Below, one piece after another: positions 36,800 through 49,099 of a stretch of DNA of 64,000 nucleotides. Below the pieces are notes generated by a model. That model was not told the DNA's origin. It saw nothing but the letters and a program-made list of their open reading frames with translations, and made no database searches. Both the position numbers and the translations under genes were made by a program. Source of the DNA: Octopus bimaculoides (lineage: Eukaryota); contig NC_069008.1 in NCBI RefSeq assembly GCF_001194135.2, forward strand, positions 11,720,221 to 11,784,220, written 5' to 3'. Numbering within the stretch: position 1 is the first letter of the stretch; each line of letters starts with the position of its first letter.

Positions 36800-37870
36800 C
36801 AATGTTAGGCATGTTGCCTCACAACACACCTGCCAACCCTGATTTCTGCACTGCTCTATTTGGCAAGCATCCTCCAACGTGCTTCCTCCATATGGCCCTC
36901 CCAGGGTACATTCAATTATGATCACTTGTTTGGTGGAATTTGAGACCACTATGTCTCGATAGTGTTGTTGGTACAATGTGATCTGGGAACTTCAGCCATT
37001 CCATGAGATCCACTCTGAGCTGCTAGTCTGGAGCTTTGGAAAGTAGTTTTCTGAGAAAAATGATGGCCTATTTTCTGGAGTAGTTCCTGATGGACTGAAT
37101 TGTTGTCAATATCATCTCTGCAACTGTCCCAATTACGTGACCATGCCTCCAGCAGTAGTGGCCATTGGCTAAGGCTCCAGGGTAGCTGCTGAGGAGATAT
37201 TGAATGGATAAACTTGGTGAAGTGTCATAGGTTACCTTGATTAGAATCTGATACACTGGATGTCAGTCCACAAGAGTTTGACCAGGTAATGTTCCACTGC
37301 TGTGCCTCAGCCCACTTTGTCCAGGCTTCTTGTTGACTGAGTTCTACCACTCTGCTAGCCCTTGCTTCTACTACGCCTCTGAGGATTTCTTGTTGGAGGA
37401 GATGTTGTTGCCCTTTTCCTTTGGTCCTTCTGATCTGATGGGTTGGGAAGTAACCCAAGTCTGAACACCCTGACACCACAGCCCCAACCAGAGCCCTCTG
37501 CCACCTGCAACTCTCCAGCACCACTCTACTACTTTCTTCCTATGTGGACCACAATGCTATCTGCAGCCACTTTTGTGTCATAGGAATCTCTATATTTCAT
37601 GACCTGTCTTGTTCTTGGCACTGTGAACTCCTCTGAAGGGCTGCTGAATGGGAGTTGTAAACTGTTGGTTGACCACCTCCTCAAAACACTGCTAACCTTC
37701 CTTTCCAAGATTTCCTACCAACATTATAACGACAGGGGCCACAAAACTGTGGGCAGGATGGCATGCTAGTACTTCGGGGAATGAAAGGTTGTTGATATCA
37801 CCTCTGTAACTGCTCTGAGCACTTGGTCATTCCTCCAGCAGTAGTGACCATCAGCTATCAGGGGCAGCTA
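36800..37870 (-). mobile_element. Decayed HERO-like (R2-group, RLE) non-LTR fragments
   Basis: ERKVSSVLRRW..LPFSSPSEEF..MKYRDSYDTKV; QQEAWTKWAEAQQWNITW; LIKVTYDTSPS; ALANGHYCWRHGHVI; LNVPWEGHMEEA. A second ADGHYCWRNDQVL occurs at ~37800-37865. Confidence 0.75.
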
Positions 37871-38139
37871 AAAAATGGATAGGACAGTTAATGACTTGTA
37901 AGAACACAGTATTTCGTTATGCAATAATAATATACTATAAAGTATATTAAATATTTTTTATAAGTCAATACCATGCTTTGCTTTGTTAGCAGTGTGTTTT
38001 ACATCATTTGTTAAGGTCATCTCTACAGATATTCTATAGAAATTATAGCCAGCACTGGACAGCAAAAGTCAGTGCTGACTATAATTTCTAATTAATTGGC
38101 CCAAGTGATACAAGCTGAAAAAACTTTGAGACCAATCTA

Positions 38140-38540
38140 TCAGCCCAATGAAACAAATGTTTTGAATACAATTCTATATTTAAGAGATGAGGAATTATGT
38201 ACATTATTTACATTTGACGGATATTTGTCCTCATCTTGTTTGTTGTTAACACAATGTTTCGGCTGATATACCCTCCAGCCTTCATCAGATGCCCACGGGC
38301 ATATGGTGTAGTGGTTAAGAGCGCTGGGTACTAACCCCAAGATTCCGAGTTTGATTCCAGGTAGTGACCTGAATAATAATAATAATAATAATAACAACAA
38401 CAACAACTACATCAAAAAATGCCTTAGGAATGAGAACTCAAGTTCGAAATTTCCCCAAGACACCTGATGAAGGCTGGAGGATATATCAGCCGAAACGTTG
38501 GAGGACAAATATCCATCAATTGTAAATAATGTAAATGTTT
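38140..38540 (+). mobile_element. tRNA-headed element with hammerhead-like tail and an inverted partial copy
   Basis: A-box TGGTGTAGTGG and B-box-like GAGTTTGATTCC (38297-38370), (AAT)n, then CTGATGA-GGCTG/CAGCC stem-GAAAC (38464-38496). The inverted tail lies at ~38200-38288. Confidence 0.7.
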
Positions 38541-38779
38541 TGAAGTGTAATAGCCAATCAGAGATTGTCTGCCAGTAGATATAATATAAAACTATAATAT
38601 ATATATAATTTTACATATTAATAAAGTAGTTTTAGGCACTTTATCCTTTGTTTTCTACATGAACCCATCAATTTCAATCTCAATAGAAAAATATTTTGGT
38701 CTTTTTGGTTACGCATGCCAAAACACTGTGTCTCAAAAGGGTTAACAAGGGATAGGACAATGTTTCATTCCTGCCTCAT

Positions 38780-39365
38780 GTGTGACAGCTTGTTGCACTT
38801 GACAAAGTGTCATAGACAGCCTGGATCAGAAATCTGATACACTAAATGTCATCCCCCACCCCTTCTCTGATCCAACCAGGTAATGTCCTGCTGTTGTACA
38901 TTATCCCAGCTCCCTGTTGGCCGAGTCCCACCATCCTGCTAATCCTTGCTCCTTCAATGCATGTGTGAACTTCTTGGAATAGATATTGTCATTCTTTTCC
39001 CCTCAATGCTCCCAACCTAGCAAGTTGTGAAGTAGCCTGAGTCTGAGCACCCTGTCAACAATTGACAAGTCCCTTGACCCCTTGGCAGCACCCATCTTCC
39101 TACCTGTGCAAACTTTGAGTTCCTGTTATTTTTGTTGTTCTTAACATTATGAATTCATCTGAGAGGCTACTGAATGACGGTCATAAAGTTTTGATTGACC
39201 TGTATGGAGTGACGCTGCTTAGGCTCCTTAGGAAGCCAAGCTAGCTCCTCAAAAAAACTGCTAATCTTCCTCTTTAGGGCTCCCACAGTGGACATGTTGA
39301 CATCATGTGACAGGGACCACAAAATCCTGGGCATGGTAGTACATTTCGGCTTTAAAACAACCATG
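38780..39365 (-). mobile_element. Further HERO-like non-LTR fragment
   Basis: MPRILWSLSHDVNMSTVGALKRKISSFFEELAWLP and QQGAG..TLPGW..VSDF*SRL correspond to the same RT-distal region as 36800-37870. Confidence 0.65.
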
Positions 39366-39479
39366 CGACCAAGATTTGTATGTATGCATATATAAATGTA
39401 TATATACAGCTATATATACATACATACATATATTTATATATATAACATAGGTGTGTATGTATACATATATTTATGCATA

Positions 39480-40751
39480 CATAAATAATGCAGTTTTTTT
39501 ATGCTTCTTTTATTTTTCAAAATTAAGATAAACAAAGTTCTTTTTTAATCTAAAATATACTTTCCTTCATTTTCTACAATGCTCTTCCATCTATCTGGTA
39601 GACTTGCAAGGCCTCTCTTCCAAAATTCACCTGTCTGTGATGAAAAATACTCCTCCAGTACTAATCTGACCTCCACAGAATTCTTATTTTTTCTGTCCAA
39701 CTGATTTTGAAGACTGCGGAATAAATTATAATCAGATGGAGCAATGTCCAGCGAATATGGTGGGTGGGGCATCCTTTCCCATTCAAACTGCTCCAGGCTT
39801 TGGAATGTCATCCTTGCTGTATGTGGCTGAGCATTATTCTGATGGAAGAATACCTTTTGTCTTGAAACCAAAGATGGTCATTTTTCTTCTGGTGCTGACT
39901 TAAACTGCTCAAGCCGCTTGCAGTAGATCTCCTTTGTTATCGTTTTGTTTGGGTTTAAAGGTTCAAAGTGTACTAAACCATATCCCACCAAACAGATAAC
40001 AAAACCTTACGTGGGTGAAGACCTTCTTTAGCCTGGGGTGCCAGTGTTTCTCTTTTCCCTACCCACTGTCTTTGGCACTTGACATTTTTATAGAGAACCC
40101 ATTTCTCCTCACCAGTTACTACTCGGTCCCCAAAACATTCATTCAGTGAGGCATGACAGCAGAGTAGAGCACACATTCAATTTCTGCATGCGATTAGACA
40201 CAGGAAACTTGTGAGGAACCCACTGACCCAATTTGCTGACTTTTCCAATGGTACACAGGTGTCAATGAATGGTTGAATGACCAAATCCAAGCTTCTCTGC
40301 TAGGTCCTCAACAGTTACAATGGGATGTTGTTCCACCAGGGTTTGCAGGACGTCCTCACCAAGCTCTACAGATCTTCCACAATCAGGCTCGTTTTCTAGG
40401 CTGTAGTTTCCGGCTCAGAATTTCTGGAAACACCATTGACACTGGTTTATGCTTATTGTCCAATCTCCATATACTGCATTAACATTCTTCACACTTTCCA
40501 TTGCTTTGGTGCCTTCATTGAACTCATAAGATAAAACATGCCAAATATGCTCCTTCATCACTTCCATTATAGCTTTGAAAAAATAACTTACAATCGAACT
40601 GCACTCTTCAAAACTTGCACTAAGAATAAAAACAAGGTAAAATTATTACCTGCTTTTATAGTAAGTTGATGCAGGTAGTTTATCCTGTCCCTCTCCAAGT
40701 TTTAATTCATGCGATTGAAAAAAACTGCATTATTTATGAGATGACCCAATA
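39480..40751 (-). mobile_element. Near full-length decayed mariner element (~1.27 kb)
   Basis: Transposase relic with GQWVPHK, DRVVTGEEKWVLY, FHQNNAQPHTA and HPPYSLDIAPSDYNLF. TIR CATAAATAATGCAGTTTTTTT at 39480, with its inverse at 40718-40751. Confidence 0.9.
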
Positions 40752-40859
40752 TATATATATATATATATAAAATCTTTTAAAATGCTGCAGCTTCAAAACT
40801 GCTGTCATGCTGGAGCACCACCACTGACTGTGCTACACCATTATTTGAAACCTCCTCTG

Positions 40860-41515
40860 ATATGTGGCATTTGGTGAATGAGGACGTTTCATGCTGGTGC
40901 CCTCATTTGTGTTTCCTGCTGGGAGGTAAGCTCATCTGGAACCCTTGGCAGGAAGAGATCCAGTTTTGTTTTAAATGCTTTGCTGGACGTGCAATGTCGG
41001 TGTGTATGTACAACAGAAGGTGAGCATCTTGAGAGAAAAGTTAGACATAAGAGATATAGGTGTAGTGTACAAGAGAGATGATTGTGCTGGTATGGCCATG
41101 TGATGTGTATGGATGAAAACAGCTGAGTGCTGATCTCTAACTGTGGAGGGAACCTGCGGAAGAGATAGACCCAGGAAGACATGGGACAAGGTGGTGAAGC
41201 ATGATCTTTGAATGTTGGGCCTCACAGAGGCTATGACAAGTGACCGACAGCTTTAGCAATATGCCATGCTTGAGTAGAAGACCCATCGAGCCAAGTGAAA
41301 TTGTAGTCATGGCAGATACTGGTGTCACACAAATTGCATATAAAAGCAACCATTACACTCACAGAGTGGCTGGCATTAGGAGAGGTATCCAGCTGTAGAA
41401 ACCATGCCAAATCAGATTGGAGTCTGGTGCAGCCCCTTGGCTTACCAGCCCTGGTCAAACCGTCCAACCCATGCCAGCATGGACAACAGATATTAAATGA
41501 TGATGACGATGATGA
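40860..41515 (+). mobile_element. RTE-clade LINE 3' end (others at 58955-59520 -, 60825-61445 -)
   Basis: Frameshifted LR.KL.IR.I.C.VQER.L.WYGHVM.MDE.S..GTCGRGRPRKTW-type RT C-terminus, followed by the family D 3' UTR and a (GAT)n tail. Confidence 0.85.
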
Positions 41516-42212
41516 ATCAGTAATGGTGCCAAGATACTTGAATTTAACAGCAACAACTAAGGAACCACTTTCCAAGAATGGATTTCATCAGAAACCAAAA
41601 AATGCTGAAAATGTCAAAACATTCACCGAAATATTGAAGTTTGATTCAACAGTGCAACCTGACCAGTCATTAAAACCAAGTTATTAAAATATTCTAACTC
41701 ACGTGTATCAAGATGTTAGAGCAACTATCTTTAGGTTTGTGTAAGATGTGCAAAGAGGCAATTTTATTAAATAAATATATTATTAAAATTGTATTTCCAG
41801 TGGTGAATCAATTTTGAACAAAATATTCAACTGTCTCAAAAATGTTATCCAACAAATATAATTATAAGTCAAAATTTAGAAAATTTTTTAGATGATTTTC
41901 ATTTACATATAAATGTGAATATTTTGTTACAAATTTCAATAAAATTTTACATAATTTTTTTCTTTTAGTCGATATTACAAATCAGTATGTAGAAATTAGT
42001 TTTTTTTTTTTTTTTATTGAATACTTTTTAAACAACTTAGTAAGTCAAATACTCAACATTATCCAAGCATCACACCACTAAGCTGTCTCTGCCCTAGAAC
42101 AGATTGTCTTGACCACCTGTAAACATGCAAATTACAATCAATGCTGCAATATCAATATAAAAATGAAGTTGATCAGATTCTTTTGCATAACAATAATAAA
42201 AAAGTATCACTT

Positions 42213-42774
42213 TTAAATGTCTAAGGCCTCAACAAAATCACAATATTTAGATCCTGGATAGACTTGCTTCTGTTTAAGATGATGGATTTTGAATGAGAAT
42301 AGTTTTTCACAGATTCCACATCTGCAAGGTAATGCCTCATCAGAAATATTGAGATGACATTTACATGAGGGATTATAATTAATATATGGGCAGAAGAGTT
42401 TAAAATATGGACAGTTCAAATTTCTTGCTTAAATCCCAGCAATGGACCACCCTTAGGTACATCATCATGCCATTAAATGTGTTTAGGGGGAAGAAGAATA
42501 TTGAAAAGCATCAATGCATGTCAGAGTGACAAAGAAACAAGGAGGGTATCTGGTGGTCGCGGGATGTGTTAAAAATGACAGTTTAAATTGTCCTTAAATC
42601 ACATACAAATATTTTAATTTTTTTACATAATCATATGGATTACTGTGTGTAGGACACAAATTCGAAAAACTTTTCTGAAAATTCCAAGAAACATATAAGT
42701 AATGATGGATTATATGGAGTGCTCAAACCAGAATTCCGCCTCTATGCTTTCTCAGATATTTCTCAACAAAACAG
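42213..42774 (-). pseudogene. Decayed zinc-finger relics downstream of ZNF3
   Basis: K*LFC*EISEKA directly after the stop. After a repeat insertion: ALPCRCGICEKLFSFKIHHLKQKQVYPG. Confidence 0.65.
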
Positions 42775-43806
42775 CTATTTTGCAAAATGTGTTTTTTTAT
42801 GCTTTGCTAAATCACTGTTAGAAGCAAAACATTTCCAACATGCTTCACAGTTATAAGGTTTCTCTCCAGTGTGTATTCTATGATGCTTTGTTAAGTCACT
42901 GCTAGAGGCAAAAGATTTTTCACATATTTCGCAACAATACGGTTTCTCTCCGGTGTGTCTGCGTATGTGAACTACAAGATGAGAATTATCAGAGAATGAT
43001 CTCCCACAAATTTTACAGTGATATGGTTTCTCTCCAGTATGTGTTCTTTTGTGTCTTGTCAACTGAGTATTACTGACGAAAGATTTTCCGCATATTTCAC
43101 AATGATATGGTTTTTCTCCAGTGTGATTACGTATGTGGACTTCAAGGCAAAAATTATCAGAGAAATTCTTCCCACATATTTCACAGTGAGAGCGTTTTTC
43201 TCCAGTATGTACTTTTTTGTGTATTGATAACCGACTGTTTGATACAAAATATTTTCCGCAGACTTCACAATGGTAGGGCTTTTCTCCAGTGTGGATTCTT
43301 TTATGAACGACAAGACTAGAATCGTGACTAAAATTTTCCCCACATATTTCGCAGTGGAAGGGTTTCTCTCCAGTATGTATCCTTTGATGTATTGCTAAAT
43401 AACTGTTCTTGAGAAAATATTTCCCACATATTTCACAACTATACGGTTTCTCGCCGGTGTGACAACGTATATGAACTACAAGGTTAGAATTATTAGAGAA
43501 TGATTTCCCGCACATTTCACAGTAGTAAGGTTTTTCTCCAGTGTGAACTCTTTTGTGTTTTATTAAATTACTGTTTGAAACAAAAGACTTCCCACATATT
43601 TCACAGAGATAAAGTCTTTCCTTGTTGTGTATTTCTTTATGTGAAAAGACTTCCTGTTCGGAAGAGAACGCCTCCTTATAAATATCATTGTGATATTCAG
43701 GAAAAACTTTCTGTTCAGGTTCCTCGTCTCCGTCTGTCTGTATTACTGTATCTATATTGTTAAAAATAATTGAGTTAGAAGTGTCCAAATAATTAATGTT
43801 CTCCAT
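42775..43806 (-). CDS. C2H2 zinc-finger protein ZNF3 (343 aa, 10 canonical fingers plus 1 degenerate)
   Basis: Intact ORF. The first finger-like unit, YHNDIYKEAFSSEQEVFSHKEIH, has lost both cysteines. Confidence 0.95.
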   Translation of the reverse strand: MENINYLDTSNSIIFNNIDTVIQTDGDEEPEQKVFPEYHNDIYKEAFSSEQEVFSHKEIHNKERLYLCEICGKSFVSNSNLIKHKRVHTGEKPYYCEMCGKSFSNNSNLVVHIRCHTGEKPYSCEICGKYFLKNSYLAIHQRIHTGEKPFHCEICGENFSHDSSLVVHKRIHTGEKPYHCEVCGKYFVSNSRLSIHKKVHTGEKRSHCEICGKNFSDNFCLEVHIRNHTGEKPYHCEICGKSFVSNTQLTRHKRTHTGEKPYHCKICGRSFSDNSHLVVHIRRHTGEKPYCCEICEKSFASSSDLTKHHRIHTGEKPYNCEACWKCFASNSDLAKHKKTHFAK

Positions 43807-43949
43807 ATCAATTCCTGAGGAATTCTTAAAAGCTCAGAAATGTCTGTATGTATATAATCTATTATTGCTCAATTTCTTGTCTCAGATATCACGGGGATTT
43901 ATGTACATGTGTGGAGAGACTAATGCAGTGTAGATAGGTTTTCTACTTA

Positions 43950-44280
43950 CCAGTAGAATGTTAGAAATGTAAATTGAAGATAGTTCAGGAAAACTGTTCG
44001 CCGATTTGTTGATGAATAAAACTGATTTCCTCTGTCCCATAAAATTAGGAAATAACCAATTAACGTTGTAACCCAGTTTGTGATGAAAAGAAACAACCAC
44101 GATGATGATGGAACACCGATTCCGAAACACTAAGTCTCCCTACATAATACACGAACATGAACGTTCACATTAATATCAGATAATTATTACACTTCAAACA
44201 ATTAAATCAGCTGAACTAATTACTGACATACTATATAGGCGGTGTCATTGACAATTTTTCCGCCGTCTGAATGACACCGG
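43950..44280 (-). promoter_or_regulatory. Putative ZNF3 promoter / 5' non-coding exon
   Basis: Aligns by eye with 50010-50230 upstream of ZNF4. Donor CTACTG|GTAAGT at 43950/43949 and acceptor TTCCTCAG at 43816/43815. Confidence 0.55.
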
Positions 44281-44587
44281 TGATACATGTTGACAGTCCC
44301 TAACATAATATGATACACTCCTAAACGGTAATTTTCGTATGCAAGAGGTTTCGTTTCAAATGACTACATCAATAAAGATACTTAGAATTTAACGTCTCCA
44401 TCGAAAAACTGAAGATGCAACTATAATTGATAAGCCAAGAGACTGCTTAAGTGTATTCGCAAGAAAATAGAAATATTGGCTAGTTTGTATTGCACTTTCT
44501 CATGTTTGTAAATTTCTTAAGTTTACTATCTTTCCATCCCTTACACTACAAACGAAATATAATGCTTTTATCCTCAATAAACACTTT

Positions 44588-44620
<33 letters not shown>

Positions 44621-47600
44621 NNNNNNNNNNAGAGTGAAAAAACTACAGAAGGCTTGTGTTACTTGGTTAAAGTATATATTTAAATTATGTCAGAAAAATA
44701 TTAGAAAAATGTTAGAAAAATGTTATGAAATCTTTTTGGTATATATATATAAGTTAGTAATAATTTAATTCAATGGACCGTGAATATGTCGTACTAAAGA
44801 AATACAAAAAGACAGATATTTGTGAATATTATAGACTCTGTGGTTAAAAGAAAAAATTTTAAAACTTTATTCAAATAAGTAGTTAAAAATATTTTTTATG
44901 GTAACGTTTTTTTTTTTTTTTCTTCCACTATAACATGGTTGATCTATAAAGAACTGTTACTACATTTTAACCTCAGGAAAACGTCTTTTCCTGCTGGTTA
45001 ACGACACACAACCTATGTCCGATATAGCGTAAGGGAGTGAATTATTCCCCGCCAGCTTGGCAAGACCTGTAGAATATGGTTTCTGGGTCTTTACTCTTCG
45101 TCAGTACTGGATGGATAAACAAGTAATTGAATCTGGTTGAACTATATATATAATAATAATAATAAATGACAACAAAAGAATGAGACCTCAATATTAAGTA
45201 AATAGAGGAATTTATATGTATATATAGTTTAGGACAATCTTAGCTCCAGTATTCGAAACTCCGAGTCCTATTATGACAACTTACTGATTGTCCTAAGCTA
45301 TATATATACATATATAATCATAGCTGTGCTTGTGCCTTTTAAAATAAAACACAGTCAATGACATTGACTTCGTTGTGCTCTTAGACCAGCAAGTCAGAAG
45401 AAACTTGCACCTAAACACTGCATTGTGCTGATACTGCTGACTTTCTTCCAGCATATCGATCTAATTGTGTAACTCAGTTAATATTGCTGACTGTGTTTTA
45501 GTTAAAGCTATGGTTTTAAATATGTCTAGAGTTTCCTCTCATTGGTATTTCCCATTGTTAATGACTAAAGAGCTAGAAACACTTTGTCTGGGAATATGAC
45601 AGTGGCGCAACACCTAGCAGATATGATGTTTTTACACCTTTTCACATAAGAGAAAAATTTTTTTTCTCCACAGTAACTACAGTGAATTTGCCTTTAGAGA
45701 TTAAAATACAAACATATTTTACCTAACCTAAGTTCACTTATGCCTATTCATTACTTAGCACTGACACTGCTGAATGTGTGTGTGTGTGTCTGCATGTGTG
45801 TATGTGTGTGTTTGTCCCACTGTTACTTGACAACCAGAGTTGGTGTGTTTACATTCTCATGACTGAGCAGTTCAGCAATAAAGACTGATAGAGCAAGTAC
45901 CAGGCTAAAATAGAAAATAAGTACTGGAGTTGATTCTTCGAGGTGGTGCTCCAGCTTGGCCACAGTCTAATGACTGAAACAAGTAAAAGATAAAAGGTAG
46001 ATCCATGAAAAGCCATGATTTGGGATGTCCCCCACTCACTACCCTCATGACCACAAGCATCATTGTAATTTACACATGTGCACACATACACACATTTTTT
46101 GTTTTAATAAGACACAAACTGAAATGTGTTTTTATTCAAACTTTTTCTATTTCACACAAACAAAAAAAAATGAATGAATCTAGAAACTATAGTAGAACCA
46201 TATTTATGAATGTTTTTGGTGGATGGTGGTGAATATTTTCCAAATCTAATTTAAAAATAACTTTCATCATAGGAATTTCTATATCTAAATTGTTCTTCAA
46301 TTGTTTAGATAAAGAAGTGAATATTGTTTTCAAAATCCACTTTCCCTGCCAATGAAGTAAAGGTTATCACATTCAAGTACTGCATACAAATGACAAAATA
46401 AGCTGTGGATGTCACTATGAAATTGAAATTTTCTCGAATTGGTGTCAAAGCATGATTAAAATACATACTTGGCTCAGTACATAAAATGAAATGGTTCCAC
46501 AACAACAAGAATGCTTATGAATTCAAAACCATCATGGTTTTTGAAAGCTTTAAAACATTTTATTGCAAAAATTCAGTTGCAGTGATTTTAAGCAAGAGTG
46601 TCATTTTGGGGTCTGTTTGTCCGGAAAAAGAAAAAGAAAAAGCATCATATGTAGATGTCTAAAAGTGAAGAATCCTTCAACAACCACAATATTGTCGAGT
46701 GGAAGCAAGATTATTTCATTTGTAAGAAATGAAATTACCCATAATATTTAGCTGATATAATTATAAACAAGGCCCCAACATGAACGCTGTTTAATAACTG
46801 AAACAGATAAAAACAAAGAGTTAACTGGAACAGTGCCCTCCAACAGTTTTCTCTTACAGTTTGTTATATTTGCTTGTGAGGAAACTGGTGTGATGTGCCC
46901 TTCTGCTTATACACACATATATATGCATGTGTGTGTGTATATATATATTATTCTTTTACTTGTTTCAGTCATCTGATTGTGGCCATGCTGGTGCAATGCC
47001 TTTTGTCGAACAAATCGACCCCAGAACTTATTCTTTTGTAAGCCTAGTACTTATTCTCTCAATTTCTTTTACTGAACCGCTAAGTTATGGAGACATAAAC
47101 ACACCAACACCGGTTGTCAAGTAATGGTGGGGGGACAAACAGATACACATACATAAACACACACACATGTCATCATCATCATCATCGTTTAACGTCCGCT
47201 TTCCATGCTAGCATGGGTTGGACGGTTTGACTGAGGACTAGCGAACCAGATGGCTGCACCAGGCTCCAATCTGATCTGGCAGAGTTTCTACAGCTGGATG
47301 CCCTTCCTAATGCCAACCACTCTGAGAGTGTAGTGAGTGCTTTTACGTGCCACCGGCACAAGGGCCAGTCTGGCGGTACTGGCAATAGCTACACTCAAAT
47401 GGTGTTTTTACATGCCACCTGCACAGGAGTCAGTCCAGCAGCACTCGCAACAACCTCGCTCGAATGTTTTGTTCACAGGCCACTGGCACAAGTGCCAGGA
47501 AGGCGACACTGGTAACAATCACACTCAAACGGTGCTTTTTATGTGCTACTGACAGCAAAAATTTAGATTCAGATGAGTAAGGTACTTAAGTTGCACTGGA

Positions 47601-48361
47601 ATTTAGTACAGTATTATCCATACAGTTTCAAAATAAGGTGATAAAAATCAAAATAAGCAACAGCATATCCAGAGGTAATGCAGTACAATCATTTCAAGTG
47701 ACTCCATTTAACTGAACAATGTAATCATTACATCAATTTAAATGCAGAGCAATCCTCAGTTGCATAAATACATAGAATTAAATTAAATTAAAACAGATTG
47801 ACACATTAGTATAATTTTACCTAAAACCTCCAAGAAGGTAAGGAGATAGACAACGAACATGCTGTCTTCACTTCCACTTAGGAGCTACTAAGGTATCAGG
47901 AAGGAAGACTTGTTAAAGATGTAGCTTGTCACTGTTTTTGGGGGTCAGTTTTAATTTATAGTCTTGTTTATCAAATCTTTGTATATCAAAAATCTAAGGC
48001 CAAGGAACAAGGAGCAGTGTCTGTTCGACGGGCTGGGTCGAAGCAAACTGGTTTAATAGATTGTGTTTCTGAACGCATCAAATTATATTAGGAAGGCGGC
48101 GAGCTGGCAGGAACATTAACACACCGGTCAAACTGCTTAGTGGTATAACGGCTCTGTGAAGTCATTGCGTGAGTCTATGTTGAACTGTTTATTGAATTGT
48201 TGCCATTCTTGATTGAATTGTTGTTGATTCGTTAATTGTTTTGTTTCCCATTGTGGGAAAATGGAGAAGCCGGAGGCAGACCCAAGTTATGTGGCTGCAA
48301 CGGGCAAAGGAGTAGATACGCGAGAGTTGGAGGTTCGCAAGATAAAGTGGAGCCTAGAAAG

Positions 48362-49096
48362 ATGAAGGAGAGTGAGAAATTAATCACAAAGGAAGGAAAC
48401 ACTTTGAAGCTAACACCGCCTGAAGAGCTATCGGCCAACGTGACAAAAAGAACGGTTATATTTAAAACCATGAGAAAGATAGAAATTGCACCAATAGATG
48501 CCATAGAGGAACGTGTTAAGAATATAAAAAGATTCACAACATACATTACGAGAGGGAGAAGATACGCCACTGTGGAGGTGCGCTTCTCAATGGAGGAGGA
48601 AGCAATAAAGCACTCCACAGAGGCAATAAGGACAGACAAATGGGTGCTGTTGCCTTCGTACTGCGGCAAACATGTGGCCAAGGTGCAAGTGGGTAAGGTA
48701 CCACCCGAATTGAAAGAAGAATGGCTGATGACAGCCATAACGTATAATATGAAAGACGGGAAAATTCTGAAGGCTACAAGGACCCAGAAGGTAGATTACT
48801 GGGGATATAGTATCGAATTAATGATTCAGGCAACAACGGAGGACTTGAATAGTGTGGTGGAGGAAATTGTGCTCCCAGAAGATGTGAAACTGAGAGTTAC
48901 TGTGGAGGGGAGGCCGCCAGTGTGTTTCACATGTGGAGAAAGGGGCCACATGAAGGCATGGTGCACCCAAAGAAAGCAACAAACAGAACAGGTGGAGAGA
49001 CAGGAGAGGGTGGACCAGGTAGTACAGGGCAAGGCAACAGAAAAAGAAACAGAGAAGGGAATCACCATGGTTAAAAGGAAAGGAGGGAGGAGCTGA
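48362..49096 (+). CDS. Gag-like ORF1 with CX2CX4HX4C zinc knuckle (244 aa from the first ATG)
   Basis: Uninterrupted ORF with VTVEGRPPVCFTCGERGHMKAWC and a purine-rich sense strand. Confidence 0.75.
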   Translation: MKESEKLITKEGNTLKLTPPEELSANVTKRTVIFKTMRKIEIAPIDAIEERVKNIKRFTTYITRGRRYATVEVRFSMEEEAIKHSTEAIRTDKWVLLPSYCGKHVAKVQVGKVPPELKEEWLMTAITYNMKDGKILKATRTQKVDYWGYSIELMIQATTEDLNSVVEEIVLPEDVKLRVTVEGRPPVCFTCGERGHMKAWCTQRKQQTEQVERQERVDQVVQGKATEKETEKGITMVKRKGGRS

Positions 49097-49099
49097 GGA

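Noticed and set aside
38297-38370. Possible genuine tRNA gene
   Set aside because: The acceptor stem does not pair, and the head runs into a microsatellite and repeat tail, so it is a tRNA-derived head rather than a tRNA. The same applies to the SINE B and C heads.
48232-48738. 168-aa antisense ORF
   Set aside because: It is a shadow of the purine-rich ORF1 on the plus strand.
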